Assembly: GCA_963666125.1 (NCBI GenBank)
Contig: OY762633.1
Coordinates: 2,050,935-2,114,934, forward strand
Length of the DNA: 64,000 nt
Direction of reading: 5' to 3'
Source: Dehalococcoidia bacterium
Lineage (GTDB): Bacteria; Chloroflexota; Dehalococcoidia; Lucifugimonadales; CAJWER01
A model generated the notes under the pieces. It ran no database searches. It was not told the DNA's origin and worked only from the letters and a program-made list of their open reading frames with translations. Of the stretch, positions 1 through 8,216 are shown in pieces. The translations under genes and the position numbers were made by a program. Position 1 is the first letter of the stretch; every line of letters begins with the position of its first letter.

Positions 1-449
1 GCCAGGAGCAGGCAGGCCGAGAACAGCAGCCAGAGGGCCAGCGCGACCGCCCCAAGCTCGCCGATGGTGACCCGGAGGAGCAGGCCCGTAGCGAATCTCA
101 CGAAGGGCGCCTCGTTGGACTCTAGCACGTCGAGGGTCTGGCTGCGGGCGAAGTCGAGGTTGGCCTTCACGTCGCCGTCCCTCGGGGCGATGCGCTCGGC
201 CCGCAGGTAGTTGAGGATGGCCCGGCCCAAGTCGCCCTGCTTGAAGTAGGCGTTGCCCAGGTTGTAGTAGAGCGCGGGGTCGTCGTAGCCCTTGTCGGCA
301 AGCTGCTGGTACGACCGCGCCGCCTGCTCGTATCGGCCATCCTCGTAGAGGGCGTTCGAGGCCGCCATCGCCTCCAGGTCGCCCGGCCCCTGGGCTGCCG
401 CGGCCAGCGGCAGCGCCGCCAGCAGGATTGCGGCGATGAGAGCCCCCAT
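1..449 (-). CDS. TPR-repeat membrane protein, BatE-like (3' end beyond window edge)
   Basis: Absent from the ORF track because it runs off the window. Minus-strand translation from ATG 449-447 gives MGALIAAILLAALPLAAAAQGPGDLEAM (signal peptide). TPR-like segments follow (YEDGRYEQAARSYQQLADKG, ALYYNLGNAYFKQGDLGRAILNYLRAERIAP), then a hydrophobic helix. It sits in the terminal position of the Bat-type operon. Confidence 0.6.
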   Translation of the reverse strand, partial: MGALIAAILLAALPLAAAAQGPGDLEAMAASNALYEDGRYEQAARSYQQLADKGYDDPALYYNLGNAYFKQGDLGRAILNYLRAERIAPRDGDVKANLDFARSQTLDVLESNEAPFVRFATGLLLRVTIGELGAVALALWLLFSACLLL

Positions 450-476
450 CCTAACCTTCCCCCTCGGGGGGAAGGG
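441..476 (-). repeat. Intercistronic hairpin module, copy 1 (CCTTCCCCC-loop-GGGGGAAGG followed by AGGATGGGGGCT)
   Basis: Perfect 9-bp stem 455-463/467-475 with a 3-nt loop. On the minus strand it is followed by ttAGGATGGGGGCT, whose ATG is the predicted start of the BatE-like gene. A near-identical copy lies at 16214-16246. Confidence 0.6.
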
Positions 477-487
477 ACAGATCCGGG

Positions 488-2233
488 TCACGAGTTGATC
501 TCCCGTTCCAGATCGGCGATGAGCTGGCGCACCTCTTCAAGCAGGCTGTCCCCCGCCGGGTCGATTCCCGGCGCGAACCGGGCGCCTTCGGACAGGCTCA
601 GCGCATCCAGCACCCGCCCGGCCAGCACCTCGCCGGCCCCGTGCCCGGACAGCGCCTCGGCCAGGGCGGCCTGGGTCATCCCGGCGATCCCCTGACCTAG
701 CACGTCGCCCAGGTAGGCACTCAGTGCCGCACCCGCAGCGTCGGCTGGGCCGGCGGAGCCCGGCGACTCGATAGCCCTCATGGCGTTGCGGTAGGCGGCT
801 CGCCTCCTCGCCTCTACGGGGTCACGCTGCCGGCGGCCATACAGCTTCAGGCCGGCGGCCACGGCGATGGCGGCGAGCGGCGCCGCCCATCCCAGCCTGT
901 AGGCGATGCCCCCGGTGATGGGCTGCCCCGCCGGTCGCAGCTCTTCCGGCACCGGCTTGATGTGCCTGATGTCCGCCCCGAGCCGCTCGACCTCGTCCCT
1001 GTCGGACGGGGGAAGCGCGGCCTCCTGCCCGGAGGAAGGCGCGACCGTGAGGGGTATCGGCTCCGTCAGCACCGTCTGGTACTCCTCCGCGAAGGGGTCG
1101 AAGAAGGAGAACGGGATCGCCGGTATGGTGAACTCGCCCGGCGCGGAGGGTACGTAGACGCGCTCCACCGTGCGCCTGCCGGTTAGATTGCCGTCGGTAA
1201 TCTGGGTGTGAACCGAGGACTCGCCGTCGAAGGAGCGCCAGCCGGGAATCTCGGGCATCTCGGGATCGGGCAGGGTCTCCAGGTTCCCCATACCGGCAAT
1301 GTCCAGCGAAAGGGCAAGGGGCTCGTTGGCTGCGGCGGCCCCGCTCGTTATGCGTGCGGCCACACGGTAGTCGCCGACTGCGCCCCGGAAGTCGTCGGGC
1401 CCGCCGTCCGGCAGCGGTCTCACCTCCAGCTCGACCGGGTTCGTCTCCAGCGTCCTCCCTCTCCTGAACACGCTCGGAGGCACCGAGATCGAGGAGGGTT
1501 CGATCGTTACCGCGCCCTCGACGGCCGGGAAGATCAGCGTGTTCACCTCCATGCCCCTGTAGCGCCGTGTGCCCACGATGTCCCTGGTATCTCGCCAGAA
1601 CGGGTCCTCGCGGTGCCAGAAGCCCGTGAACGCCGGCGGCTCGTACCCCTGGGGTCTGCCGAAGAACCCAAGAGCGCTGAGGAAACTGAAGGTGTACGTG
1701 ACCTGCTGGCCCACGTAGGGCGAGGGGTTGTCCACCTCTGCCGATACGATGAAAGCGTCCTGCACGTCGGCCGGCGACAGGCCGGGGATGACGAAGGGTG
1801 TCGGCGCCGGCCTTGGAGAGACCCGGCCGGTCCCGGCACGCGTCACCTCCACCTCTATCGGCTCCGTCTCGTAGGTCTGGCCTCCTATCTCGACGGAGAT
1901 GGGGCCGATGGCATGCGAGCCGATCCTGGTCGGCTGGAGCCTGTAGTGGTTGATTGCCTTGGTGGCGATGGCGTTGTTGTAGTTGGTGATCTGGTGCGCC
2001 TGGCTCCAAGAGATAATCTCAGCCCAGTCGATGGGGGGCAGATTGGGCTCCGGCATGGCGGTCGAGCCCGTGACCGTAACCGTCAGGGTGAGTATCTCGT
2101 CGAGGGCTACCCGGGTGTAGTCGACCTCGGCGGAGATGGGCGAGTCCTGCGCCGCCGCCGGACTAGCAAGCATCAACAGCGACACCAGTGCCGCCAGCGC
2201 CAGCATTAGAGTGGGCAATGCCCTCACATTCAC
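488..2233 (-). CDS. BatD-family protein (Bat/oxygen-tolerance operon component)
   Basis: 581-aa ORF. GTG start with a GTGA overlap onto the upstream stop. Signal peptide (LMLALAALVSLLMLASPAAAQ), long beta-rich extracytoplasmic region, single C-terminal TM (WAAPLAAIAVAAGL) and a cytoplasmic tail. Position after the VWA and TPR genes matches Bat operons. Confidence 0.7.
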   Translation of the reverse strand: MNVRALPTLMLALAALVSLLMLASPAAAQDSPISAEVDYTRVALDEILTLTVTVTGSTAMPEPNLPPIDWAEIISWSQAHQITNYNNAIATKAINHYRLQPTRIGSHAIGPISVEIGGQTYETEPIEVEVTRAGTGRVSPRPAPTPFVIPGLSPADVQDAFIVSAEVDNPSPYVGQQVTYTFSFLSALGFFGRPQGYEPPAFTGFWHREDPFWRDTRDIVGTRRYRGMEVNTLIFPAVEGAVTIEPSSISVPPSVFRRGRTLETNPVELEVRPLPDGGPDDFRGAVGDYRVAARITSGAAAANEPLALSLDIAGMGNLETLPDPEMPEIPGWRSFDGESSVHTQITDGNLTGRRTVERVYVPSAPGEFTIPAIPFSFFDPFAEEYQTVLTEPIPLTVAPSSGQEAALPPSDRDEVERLGADIRHIKPVPEELRPAGQPITGGIAYRLGWAAPLAAIAVAAGLKLYGRRQRDPVEARRRAAYRNAMRAIESPGSAGPADAAGAALSAYLGDVLGQGIAGMTQAALAEALSGHGAGEVLAGRVLDALSLSEGARFAPGIDPAGDSLLEEVRQLIADLEREINS

Positions 2234-3039
2234 CAGTCCCGCTCCGCCGGCGACGTGGGCACGAACTGGCGCTGGAGGTAGCCCTGGAGGGTCTCGGTGT
2301 TCTGGCCGACCGCCTCCAGGAATTGCAGCGCCTGGCCGGGCGTCATCTGCTGCTCCGGGTTGGAACCGGGCCGCTCCATCTGCTGGGTCTCCTGATCCGA
2401 GGCGTCGCCGCGCTGCTCCCCTTCGGGGTCATCGCCGACGCCCTCCCTGTCTCCTTCGGGGCCCTCCTGCTCATCGTCGCCCTCGTCGTCGGGCTGGTCG
2501 GGTGGGCCGGGCTGGTCTCCCTGTCCCTGGGGCTGTGGCTGCGGTTGCTGCTGCTCTTGTTGCTGTTGCTGCTGCTCCTCGATCTGGCGCAGGGCAAGCT
2601 CCAGGTTGTGCTTGGCGTCCACGTCGTCAGGGTCCTGCCTCAGCACCTCCTTATATTCCTCAATGGCCTGCTCATATTCCTCGGCCTGGAAGAATACGTT
2701 GCCTATGTTGAACCGCGACTTAGCGTAGAGGTCCTGACCGTCATCGTCGTCCGTATAGACGAGCGCCTGCTGTAGCTCTTCTAGCGCCTGTTCGTAGTCC
2801 TCCAGCTTGTAGCGGGCGTTGGCGGCGTTGTAGACTGGCTCCGGCCGCTCCGGCTGCTCCTGGCTCACCTTCTCATACTCGCTGATCGCCTGCTGGTACT
2901 CCCCCTGCTCGAAGGCTATGTTCGCCTCGTTGTTCGCCTTGGCCTCCGTCTGTCCGCACGCCGCGAGGACGAACAGCAGCGCTGCCATCAGGAGGCAGGC
3001 GGGCAGGGTGCGCGCGGACCCGGCACGGACGCGGGTCAC
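2230..3039 (-). CDS. TPR-repeat lipoprotein, BatC-like, with poly-Q/acidic tail
   Basis: ORF 2230..3069. I prefer GTG at 3039 because it gives a GTGA overlap with the upstream stop. Lipobox LLFVLAAC. TPR-like repeats (YNAANARYKLEDYEQALEELQQAL, FNIGNVFFQAEEYEQAIEEYKEVLRQDP). C-terminal low complexity EEQQQQQQEQQQPQPQPQGQGD... Confidence 0.65.
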   Translation of the reverse strand: MTRVRAGSARTLPACLLMAALLFVLAACGQTEAKANNEANIAFEQGEYQQAISEYEKVSQEQPERPEPVYNAANARYKLEDYEQALEELQQALVYTDDDDGQDLYAKSRFNIGNVFFQAEEYEQAIEEYKEVLRQDPDDVDAKHNLELALRQIEEQQQQQQEQQQPQPQPQGQGDQPGPPDQPDDEGDDEQEGPEGDREGVGDDPEGEQRGDASDQETQQMERPGSNPEQQMTPGQALQFLEAVGQNTETLQGYLQRQFVPTSPAERDW

Positions 3040-4073
3040 GCCGGCTCCTCCACGGCCGGCCGGCGCCATGGCAGGGGGACCACCCGGTCCGGCAGTACCT
3101 CGATCGCTATCAGCAGCAGCACCGCCAGGGCCAGGAATATCTGGAACCTCTCGACGTTCAGCGTCTCGAACTCGGCTTCCACGGTCTCCTTCTGGAGCGA
3201 GTCCAGCTCTTCGGCGAGGTCATCCATCGCCCCGAGTGCCGAGGCCCTGTAGTACCTGCCGCCGCCGGTCCGCGCTATCTGCCTCAGGGTCGGCTCGTCC
3301 AGCCTCGACAGGACGAGGTTGCCGTCCGAGTCCCGCTTCATGCCGGTCTGCCGCCCCCACTGGTCGTATTCCGGCAGCGGCTCCCCTGCTCCGGACCCGA
3401 ACCCGACGGTGTAGATGACCACGCCCGTCCTCTCGGCCGCCTCGGCAACCGCGTCGAAGGGGTTGCCCTCAAGGTTCTCACCGTCGGTCATCAGGATGAT
3501 AACCTTCTGGCCCGGGCGCGTGTAGTCGAATGCGGACAGAGACGTGGAGATGGCCTTGTCGATGGCCGTGCCTGGACGGGAAATGAGCTCGGGGCCTGCC
3601 TCCTCCAGGTATGTCCTGGCGGCGACGTAGTCGAAGGTGAGGGGGGACTGGAGGAAGGCCGCGCCCGCAAAGAGCACCAGCCCCACCTCGTCTCCGTCGA
3701 GCCGGTCGAGGAGGCTGGAGATCTCCAGCTTGGCACGCTCCAGGCGGTTGGGCTTCACGTCCTCGGCGAGCATGCTCTTGGATACGTCGAGGGCGACGAC
3801 GACCTGTACCCCCTGCTTCTCCAGCACCTGCACGTCGCTCCCCCACTGGGGGCGGGCGAACGCTATGGCGGCCAGCACGAGGGCGATGAGCCATAGCAAA
3901 TTCCTGGCGGCCCTGCTCCTTCGGCTCACCGCGGCGCTCAGCCTCGCGATCAGCTCGGGGTCGCCGAGCCTGGATACGGCGGCCCTGCTCCGGTACGAGA
4001 CCCAGGCGCCGAAGAGGACCAGCGCCGGGACGAGCGCCAGCAGGTAGAGGTAGTCGGTGTGTGCGAAGGTCAT
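3036..4073 (-). CDS. VWA-domain membrane protein, BatB-like
   Basis: 345 aa. N-terminal TM helices (YLYLLALVPALVLFG; LLWLIALVLAAIAF). VWA domain with MIDAS motif (VVVALDVSKSM) and ILMTDGEN. C-terminal TM. Confidence 0.85.
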   Translation of the reverse strand: MTFAHTDYLYLLALVPALVLFGAWVSYRSRAAVSRLGDPELIARLSAAVSRRSRAARNLLWLIALVLAAIAFARPQWGSDVQVLEKQGVQVVVALDVSKSMLAEDVKPNRLERAKLEISSLLDRLDGDEVGLVLFAGAAFLQSPLTFDYVAARTYLEEAGPELISRPGTAIDKAISTSLSAFDYTRPGQKVIILMTDGENLEGNPFDAVAEAAERTGVVIYTVGFGSGAGEPLPEYDQWGRQTGMKRDSDGNLVLSRLDEPTLRQIARTGGGRYYRASALGAMDDLAEELDSLQKETVEAEFETLNVERFQIFLALAVLLLIAIEVLPDRVVPLPWRRPAVEEPA

Positions 4074-4074
4074 G

Positions 4075-5079
4075 CTACGGTATCCGACGGAATATGGTGT
4101 TGCGGGCCAGCAGCTCCAGCAGCATCAGGGCGAGGGCGGGCCCCAGTAGCCACCCGGCAAGCTCCGTGTACTTGGTGTACTGCTGGACCTCGATCTGCGA
4201 CTTCTCGAGCAGGTTGATCTCCTCGTAGGTCTGCCTCAGGCCCTCCGAGTCCTCGGCGCGGAAGTACCTGCCGTTCGTCGTCGCGGCGATCTCCTTCAGC
4301 GTCTCCTCGTCCAGGTCGCTCTGCTGCCGCACGATCCGGACGCCGAACCGGGTGCGCTGGGGCACCGGCACCAGCCCGGGGCGTCCCGCCCCGATGGTGT
4401 AGACCTTGATGCCGAGGGCATTGACCGCGAGGGCCGCCGTGCCGGGATCGATGTACCCCGTGTTGTTTGCGCCGTCGGTGAGCAGGATTATCACCCTGCT
4501 CTCGGCCTCCGAGTCCTTGAGCATGTTCGCGGCGCTGGCGAGCCCGTGCCCGATGGCCGTCCCGTCGTCGATGCGAAGCTCGGTCGCGAGCTTCACCTCG
4601 TCCAGCAGGGTCTTGAAATAGGCATGGTCGACGGTCGGCGGGCTCTGGATGAAGGCCTCGCTGGCGAAGACGACCAGCCCCAGCCGGTCGTAGGGGCGCT
4701 CCTCGACGAAGTCGGCGATGACCGTCTTGGCCGCCTCCAGCCGGTTCCTGGGCTCGAAGTCGAGGGACGACATGCTGCCCGATATGTCCAGCGCCAGTGC
4801 GATGTCCACGCCTTCGCCCTGCACCACCTCGCGGGCCTCGGTGGCCTGGGGCCTGGCCAACGCGACGATTGCGAGGGCTATGGCGAGGAGCCGCGCGGCT
4901 ACCAGGACAGGCCGCAGGGTCAGCCGCCACGAGCGCCCGGCGCTCACCGCCATGGAAGTGTCGGCGTACCGCATCCCGGCGGGCCTGGCCCAGTGGCGCA
5001 GGAGCCACGGCATCACGGCGAGCAGGGGCACGACGACGAGGAGCGCCAGCACCCACGGGGTCGCGAACTGGAAGTTCAT
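4075..5079 (-). CDS. VWA-domain membrane protein, BatA-like
   Basis: ORF 4075..5244. The internal ATG at 5079 (MNFQFATPWVLALLVVVPLL, BatA-type N-terminus) gives an ATGA overlap with the upstream stop. MIDAS motif DIALALDISGSM, then ILLTDGANN, then a C-terminal TM. Confidence 0.85.
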   Translation of the reverse strand: MNFQFATPWVLALLVVVPLLAVMPWLLRHWARPAGMRYADTSMAVSAGRSWRLTLRPVLVAARLLAIALAIVALARPQATEAREVVQGEGVDIALALDISGSMSSLDFEPRNRLEAAKTVIADFVEERPYDRLGLVVFASEAFIQSPPTVDHAYFKTLLDEVKLATELRIDDGTAIGHGLASAANMLKDSEAESRVIILLTDGANNTGYIDPGTAALAVNALGIKVYTIGAGRPGLVPVPQRTRFGVRIVRQQSDLDEETLKEIAATTNGRYFRAEDSEGLRQTYEEINLLEKSQIEVQQYTKYTELAGWLLGPALALMLLELLARNTIFRRIP

Positions 5080-6089
5080 GCTCCCGCCTCCGCAAGCCGC
5101 CCGCCGCCCCCCGGCTCCGGCGGGGTCTCCGCGGGCCGGATCATGTCCAGTATCTCGCGGGCCCTGCCCACCATCAGGCCCGCCTCGTACTCGTCGGGCT
5201 CCAGCCCGGTGAACTTGATGATGTCGCAATCGACGAAGAGCCACCGCATCTCGATCGCACCCTCGGCATCGATATCCGCCGCGCTCACTTCGGCCTGTAT
5301 CTCGGACGTGGTCCGGTCCAGGGCCGGGATGCCGAACTCGCCTTCGAGATATGTCCTCATCACGTCGGCGACCAGGGTGTAGTGCTCCTTGAAGCGCCCG
5401 GCGGCCGGGAGCCTCAGCCCCTCGATCTGGCTAAGCTCGGCCATAGCTGCGTCATAGGGGCTGATGATCACGGGCTCCGGGGGGCGCGGCCTGAGCAGCC
5501 TGTACAGCACCCAGCCGGCCAGCCCGATGAGGGCGAGGGCGGCGGCTATCCACGGCCAGTTGGCCGGGGCAGCCAAGTCGTCGAGGTCCAGGAGCGGGCC
5601 GGTCATCTCCGCCTGGGGGCGGATGTCCTTTAGCTCCCCGTCGTCCTCGGCCAGCACGGGGACGACGTTGAGCGTCACGGCAGGTACGGGCTGGTCGAGG
5701 ATGGTGCCCTCGGAGTTACGAACCGTAACGACGAGCGGGGGGATCTCATGCTCTCCCGGGACGAATAGGGCGACTTCGATGGACTGGCTGGTCACGAGCC
5801 TGTCGCCTCTCTCGGTCGTCGTAGCGGCGGACTGGGAACGCACCTCGAACACCTCGTCCCACTGCACGTCCAGCCGTGGAAATATGATCCGGCTCGTGTC
5901 CGGGTGGACCACGTCGAGGGTTATCGTCACGGGATGGCCCACGGTGAGAGGGACACCCTCCGAGCGGCCTGCCCAGTCCACGGACATCTCGATGTTGACG
6001 TTGGCATCCTCCTGGGCGTGCATGGCGCCGTCTGACCACCAGAGGGCGGCGAGCATCGCCGTCATTGCCGCGATGAGGATGCGCCCCAT
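5076..6089 (-). CDS. Membrane protein: BatD-like N-terminal half plus DUF4381-like C-terminal half
   Basis: ORF 5076..6101. ATG 6089 has a GAGGGG RBS 5-6 nt upstream. GTG 6101 (GTGA overlap with the DUF58 stop) is an alternative start. Signal peptide, beta-rich domain, TM (WPWIAAALALIGLAGWVLY), then a helical tail (YDAAMAELSQIEG..HYTLVADVMRTYLEGEFG) like the small DUF4381 gene found at this position in Bat operons. Confidence 0.6.
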   Translation of the reverse strand: MGRILIAAMTAMLAALWWSDGAMHAQEDANVNIEMSVDWAGRSEGVPLTVGHPVTITLDVVHPDTSRIIFPRLDVQWDEVFEVRSQSAATTTERGDRLVTSQSIEVALFVPGEHEIPPLVVTVRNSEGTILDQPVPAVTLNVVPVLAEDDGELKDIRPQAEMTGPLLDLDDLAAPANWPWIAAALALIGLAGWVLYRLLRPRPPEPVIISPYDAAMAELSQIEGLRLPAAGRFKEHYTLVADVMRTYLEGEFGIPALDRTTSEIQAEVSAADIDAEGAIEMRWLFVDCDIIKFTGLEPDEYEAGLMVGRAREILDMIRPAETPPEPGGGGRLAEAGA

Positions 6090-6097
6090 AGTTCCCC

Positions 6098-6985
6098 TCA
6101 CCGCGACAGCCTTCTCGACCGGGCCTTGAAGAATGCGTTGAGGCCGACCACGTAGTCCCTGTCGGTCATCACCTGTATGCGGTCGACGCTGAGGCCGGCG
6201 AATAGCTGCTTCTTGGCCTCCTCGTGTCCGTCCACGCGGGCCCCGAATGCCTCGCGCCAGCGCCTGCTGCTCGTGTCCACCCAGCTCAGGATGCCGGTCT
6301 CCGCGTCCTCCAGGGCCACGAGGCCGACGCTGGGGATGCGGCGCTCCAGGGGGTCGCCCAGGTCCATGGCCACTACGTCGTGGCGCTGGTTCGTCGCCGC
6401 CAGCGAGCGCCGGTAGCTCTCCGTATCGATGAGGAAGTCCGACACCAGGAAGACGATGCCCTTGCGCTTGAGCACGAGGTTGATCGTGTCCAGTGCAAGC
6501 TGGACGTCGGTGCCCCGCCCCTGGGGCCGGAATACGAGCATCTCCCGGATGAGCCGCAGGACGTGCCTCCGTCCCTTGCGGGGCGGTATGAGGAGCTCGA
6601 TCCGGTCCGTGAAGATCAGGAGGCCGACCCTGTCGTTGTTGGTCGTCGCGGCGAAGGCGAGAACGGCCGTCAGCTCCGCCGCCAGGTCGCGCTTGAACCG
6701 GCCCGAAGAGCCGAAGTCGCCCGACCCGCTGGCGTCCACCACGAGCATGACCGTCAGCTCGCGCTCCTCGTGGTAGCGCCTCACGTACGGAGTGCCCATC
6801 CTGGCCGTCACGTTCCAGTCGATGTTACGCACCTCGTCGCCGGGCGAGTATAGGCGCACCTCGTCGAACTCCATCCCCTGGCCCTTGAAGATCGAGTGGT
6901 AGTCGCCCGCGAAGGTGTCCTGGACCAGGTGGCGGGTGCTGATCTCTATCTGGCGTATCTTGCGGAGCAGCTCAGGCGTCAGCAT
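6098..6985 (-). CDS. DUF58-family protein (MoxR-associated, VWA-like)
   Basis: 295 aa. Contains FKGQGMEFDEVRLYSPGDEVRNIDWNVTAR and LVVDASGSGDF, typical of DUF58. Lies immediately downstream of the MoxR ATPase gene. Confidence 0.85.
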   Translation of the reverse strand: MLTPELLRKIRQIEISTRHLVQDTFAGDYHSIFKGQGMEFDEVRLYSPGDEVRNIDWNVTARMGTPYVRRYHEERELTVMLVVDASGSGDFGSSGRFKRDLAAELTAVLAFAATTNNDRVGLLIFTDRIELLIPPRKGRRHVLRLIREMLVFRPQGRGTDVQLALDTINLVLKRKGIVFLVSDFLIDTESYRRSLAATNQRHDVVAMDLGDPLERRIPSVGLVALEDAETGILSWVDTSSRRWREAFGARVDGHEEAKKQLFAGLSVDRIQVMTDRDYVVGLNAFFKARSRRLSR

Positions 6986-6994
6986 CTCACGGTC

Positions 6995-7987
6995 CTACGG
7001 CACCTCTACGTGGTCGAGGATGCGCCGGACTATGTCGTCGCTGGTGACCTCCTCGGCCTCGGCCTCGTAGGTCGTGATGACCCTGTGGCGGAGCACGTCG
7101 GGCGCGAGCTGCTTTATGTCCTCGGGCGTGACGTAGCCGCGGCCCTTGACGAAGGCGTGGGCGCGGGCGGCCTCGACCATGAATATGCTCGCGCGGGGGG
7201 ACGCCCCATACGCGATGAGCTGGGGCAGGTCTTCGAGCGCCTCCCCCGTCGGGCGTCGCGTCGCGGCCACTATGTCGAGGACGTATTCCTTGATCTTGTC
7301 GTCTACGTATATCCGGCGCACCATGTCCCTGGCCCGCACGATCTGCTCGGGGGTGATGACGGCGTTCACGTCGTCCCACGCCTCGCCGGTCACCCGGTCG
7401 ACGATGCTTCGCTCCTCGTCGCGCCTGGGGTAGTCGACCAGCACCTTGAGCATGAACCGGTCGACCTGGGCCTCCGGCAGGGGGTAGGTGCCCTCCTGCT
7501 CGATGGGGTTCTGGGTCGCCAGCACCAGGAACGGCTCGCCGAGGGGGAACATCTCGCCGCCGATGGTCACCTGGCGCTCCTGCATCGCCTCCAGCAGGGC
7601 GCTCTGAACCTTTGCGGGGGCGCGGTTGATCTCGTCGGCGAGGACCAGATTGGCGAATATGGGCCCCTTGTGGACGCTGAACTCGGTCGTGCGCGGGTTG
7701 TATATCTGCGTGCCCAGCAGGTCGGCCGGCAGCAGGTCCGGCGTGAACTGGACGCGCGAGAACCGGGCGTCGATGCCCTCGGCCACCGTCTTGACCAGCA
7801 GCGTCTTGGCGAGGCCGGGCACCCCTTCGAGCAGGATGTGGCCGTTCGCCATGAGCGCGACGAGCACCCGGTCCACGAGGGCGTCCTGGCCCACTATCAC
7901 CTTGCGAATCTCGGCCATCAGGCCGCCGAGGAAAGCCGCCCCCTCTTCCACCTCTTCGTTCATCTGCCGGACGGTTGCCAGTTCCAT
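6995..7987 (-). CDS. MoxR-family AAA+ ATPase
   Basis: 330 aa. Walker A GVPGLAKT, Walker B LADEINRAPAKVQSALLEAMQE, then ATQNPIEQEGTYPLPEAQVDRF (AAA_3/MoxR signature). Confidence 0.92.
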   Translation of the reverse strand: MELATVRQMNEEVEEGAAFLGGLMAEIRKVIVGQDALVDRVLVALMANGHILLEGVPGLAKTLLVKTVAEGIDARFSRVQFTPDLLPADLLGTQIYNPRTTEFSVHKGPIFANLVLADEINRAPAKVQSALLEAMQERQVTIGGEMFPLGEPFLVLATQNPIEQEGTYPLPEAQVDRFMLKVLVDYPRRDEERSIVDRVTGEAWDDVNAVITPEQIVRARDMVRRIYVDDKIKEYVLDIVAATRRPTGEALEDLPQLIAYGASPRASIFMVEAARAHAFVKGRGYVTPEDIKQLAPDVLRHRVITTYEAEAEEVTSDDIVRRILDHVEVP

Positions 7988-8216
7988 CTACACCTCTCCA
8001 TGTTCAAGGCGAATTGGCCCGCGGCCCAGGGGGCGCAGGCGCAAGCCTCATACTCCAATTCTACGACACTCAATGGGTATAACGAACCACACGCCCATAG
8101 CGTTAGGTCGTCCTGCCGTCGTATTGGCTATAATGCCCGTACAGGTATTCACACAGTACCGATACTGTCTTCACCTTGATGCAAGAGCGCCGCCAGCCAT
8201 CGAGCCCCCGCGACTG

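Noticed and set aside
822-2009. Long alternative-frame and antisense ORFs throughout the window. Examples: 822..2009, 1208..2209, 4070..5095, 6896..8179, 9542..11902, 11827..13269, 26216..27811, 26377..28098, 34041..35786, 37386..40004, 46750..48078 and 53252..55300.
   Set aside because: Their translations are dominated by R, P, G and A with no motifs, as expected for stop-codon-poor frames in GC-rich DNA. Each overlaps an ORF with clear family signatures, so I treat them as artefacts.
8073-8084. A shared 11-12-nt string, tgggtataacg, at about 8073 and about 17743 (upstream of the ABC operon and at the start of the first DUF488 gene).
   Set aside because: Exact matches of this length are expected by chance many times within 64 kb on two strands, and there is no extended similarity around them.
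7626-8216. N-terminal extensions offered by the ORF track. Examples: 7626-8216 of the first permease, 39571-41259 before the SDR, 5080-5244, 19947-20027, 22305-22424 and 39804-39998.
   Set aside because: The extensions overlap neighbouring genes or are low-complexity. Internal starts restore typical family N-termini and have SD-like sequences or 4-nt overlap junctions.
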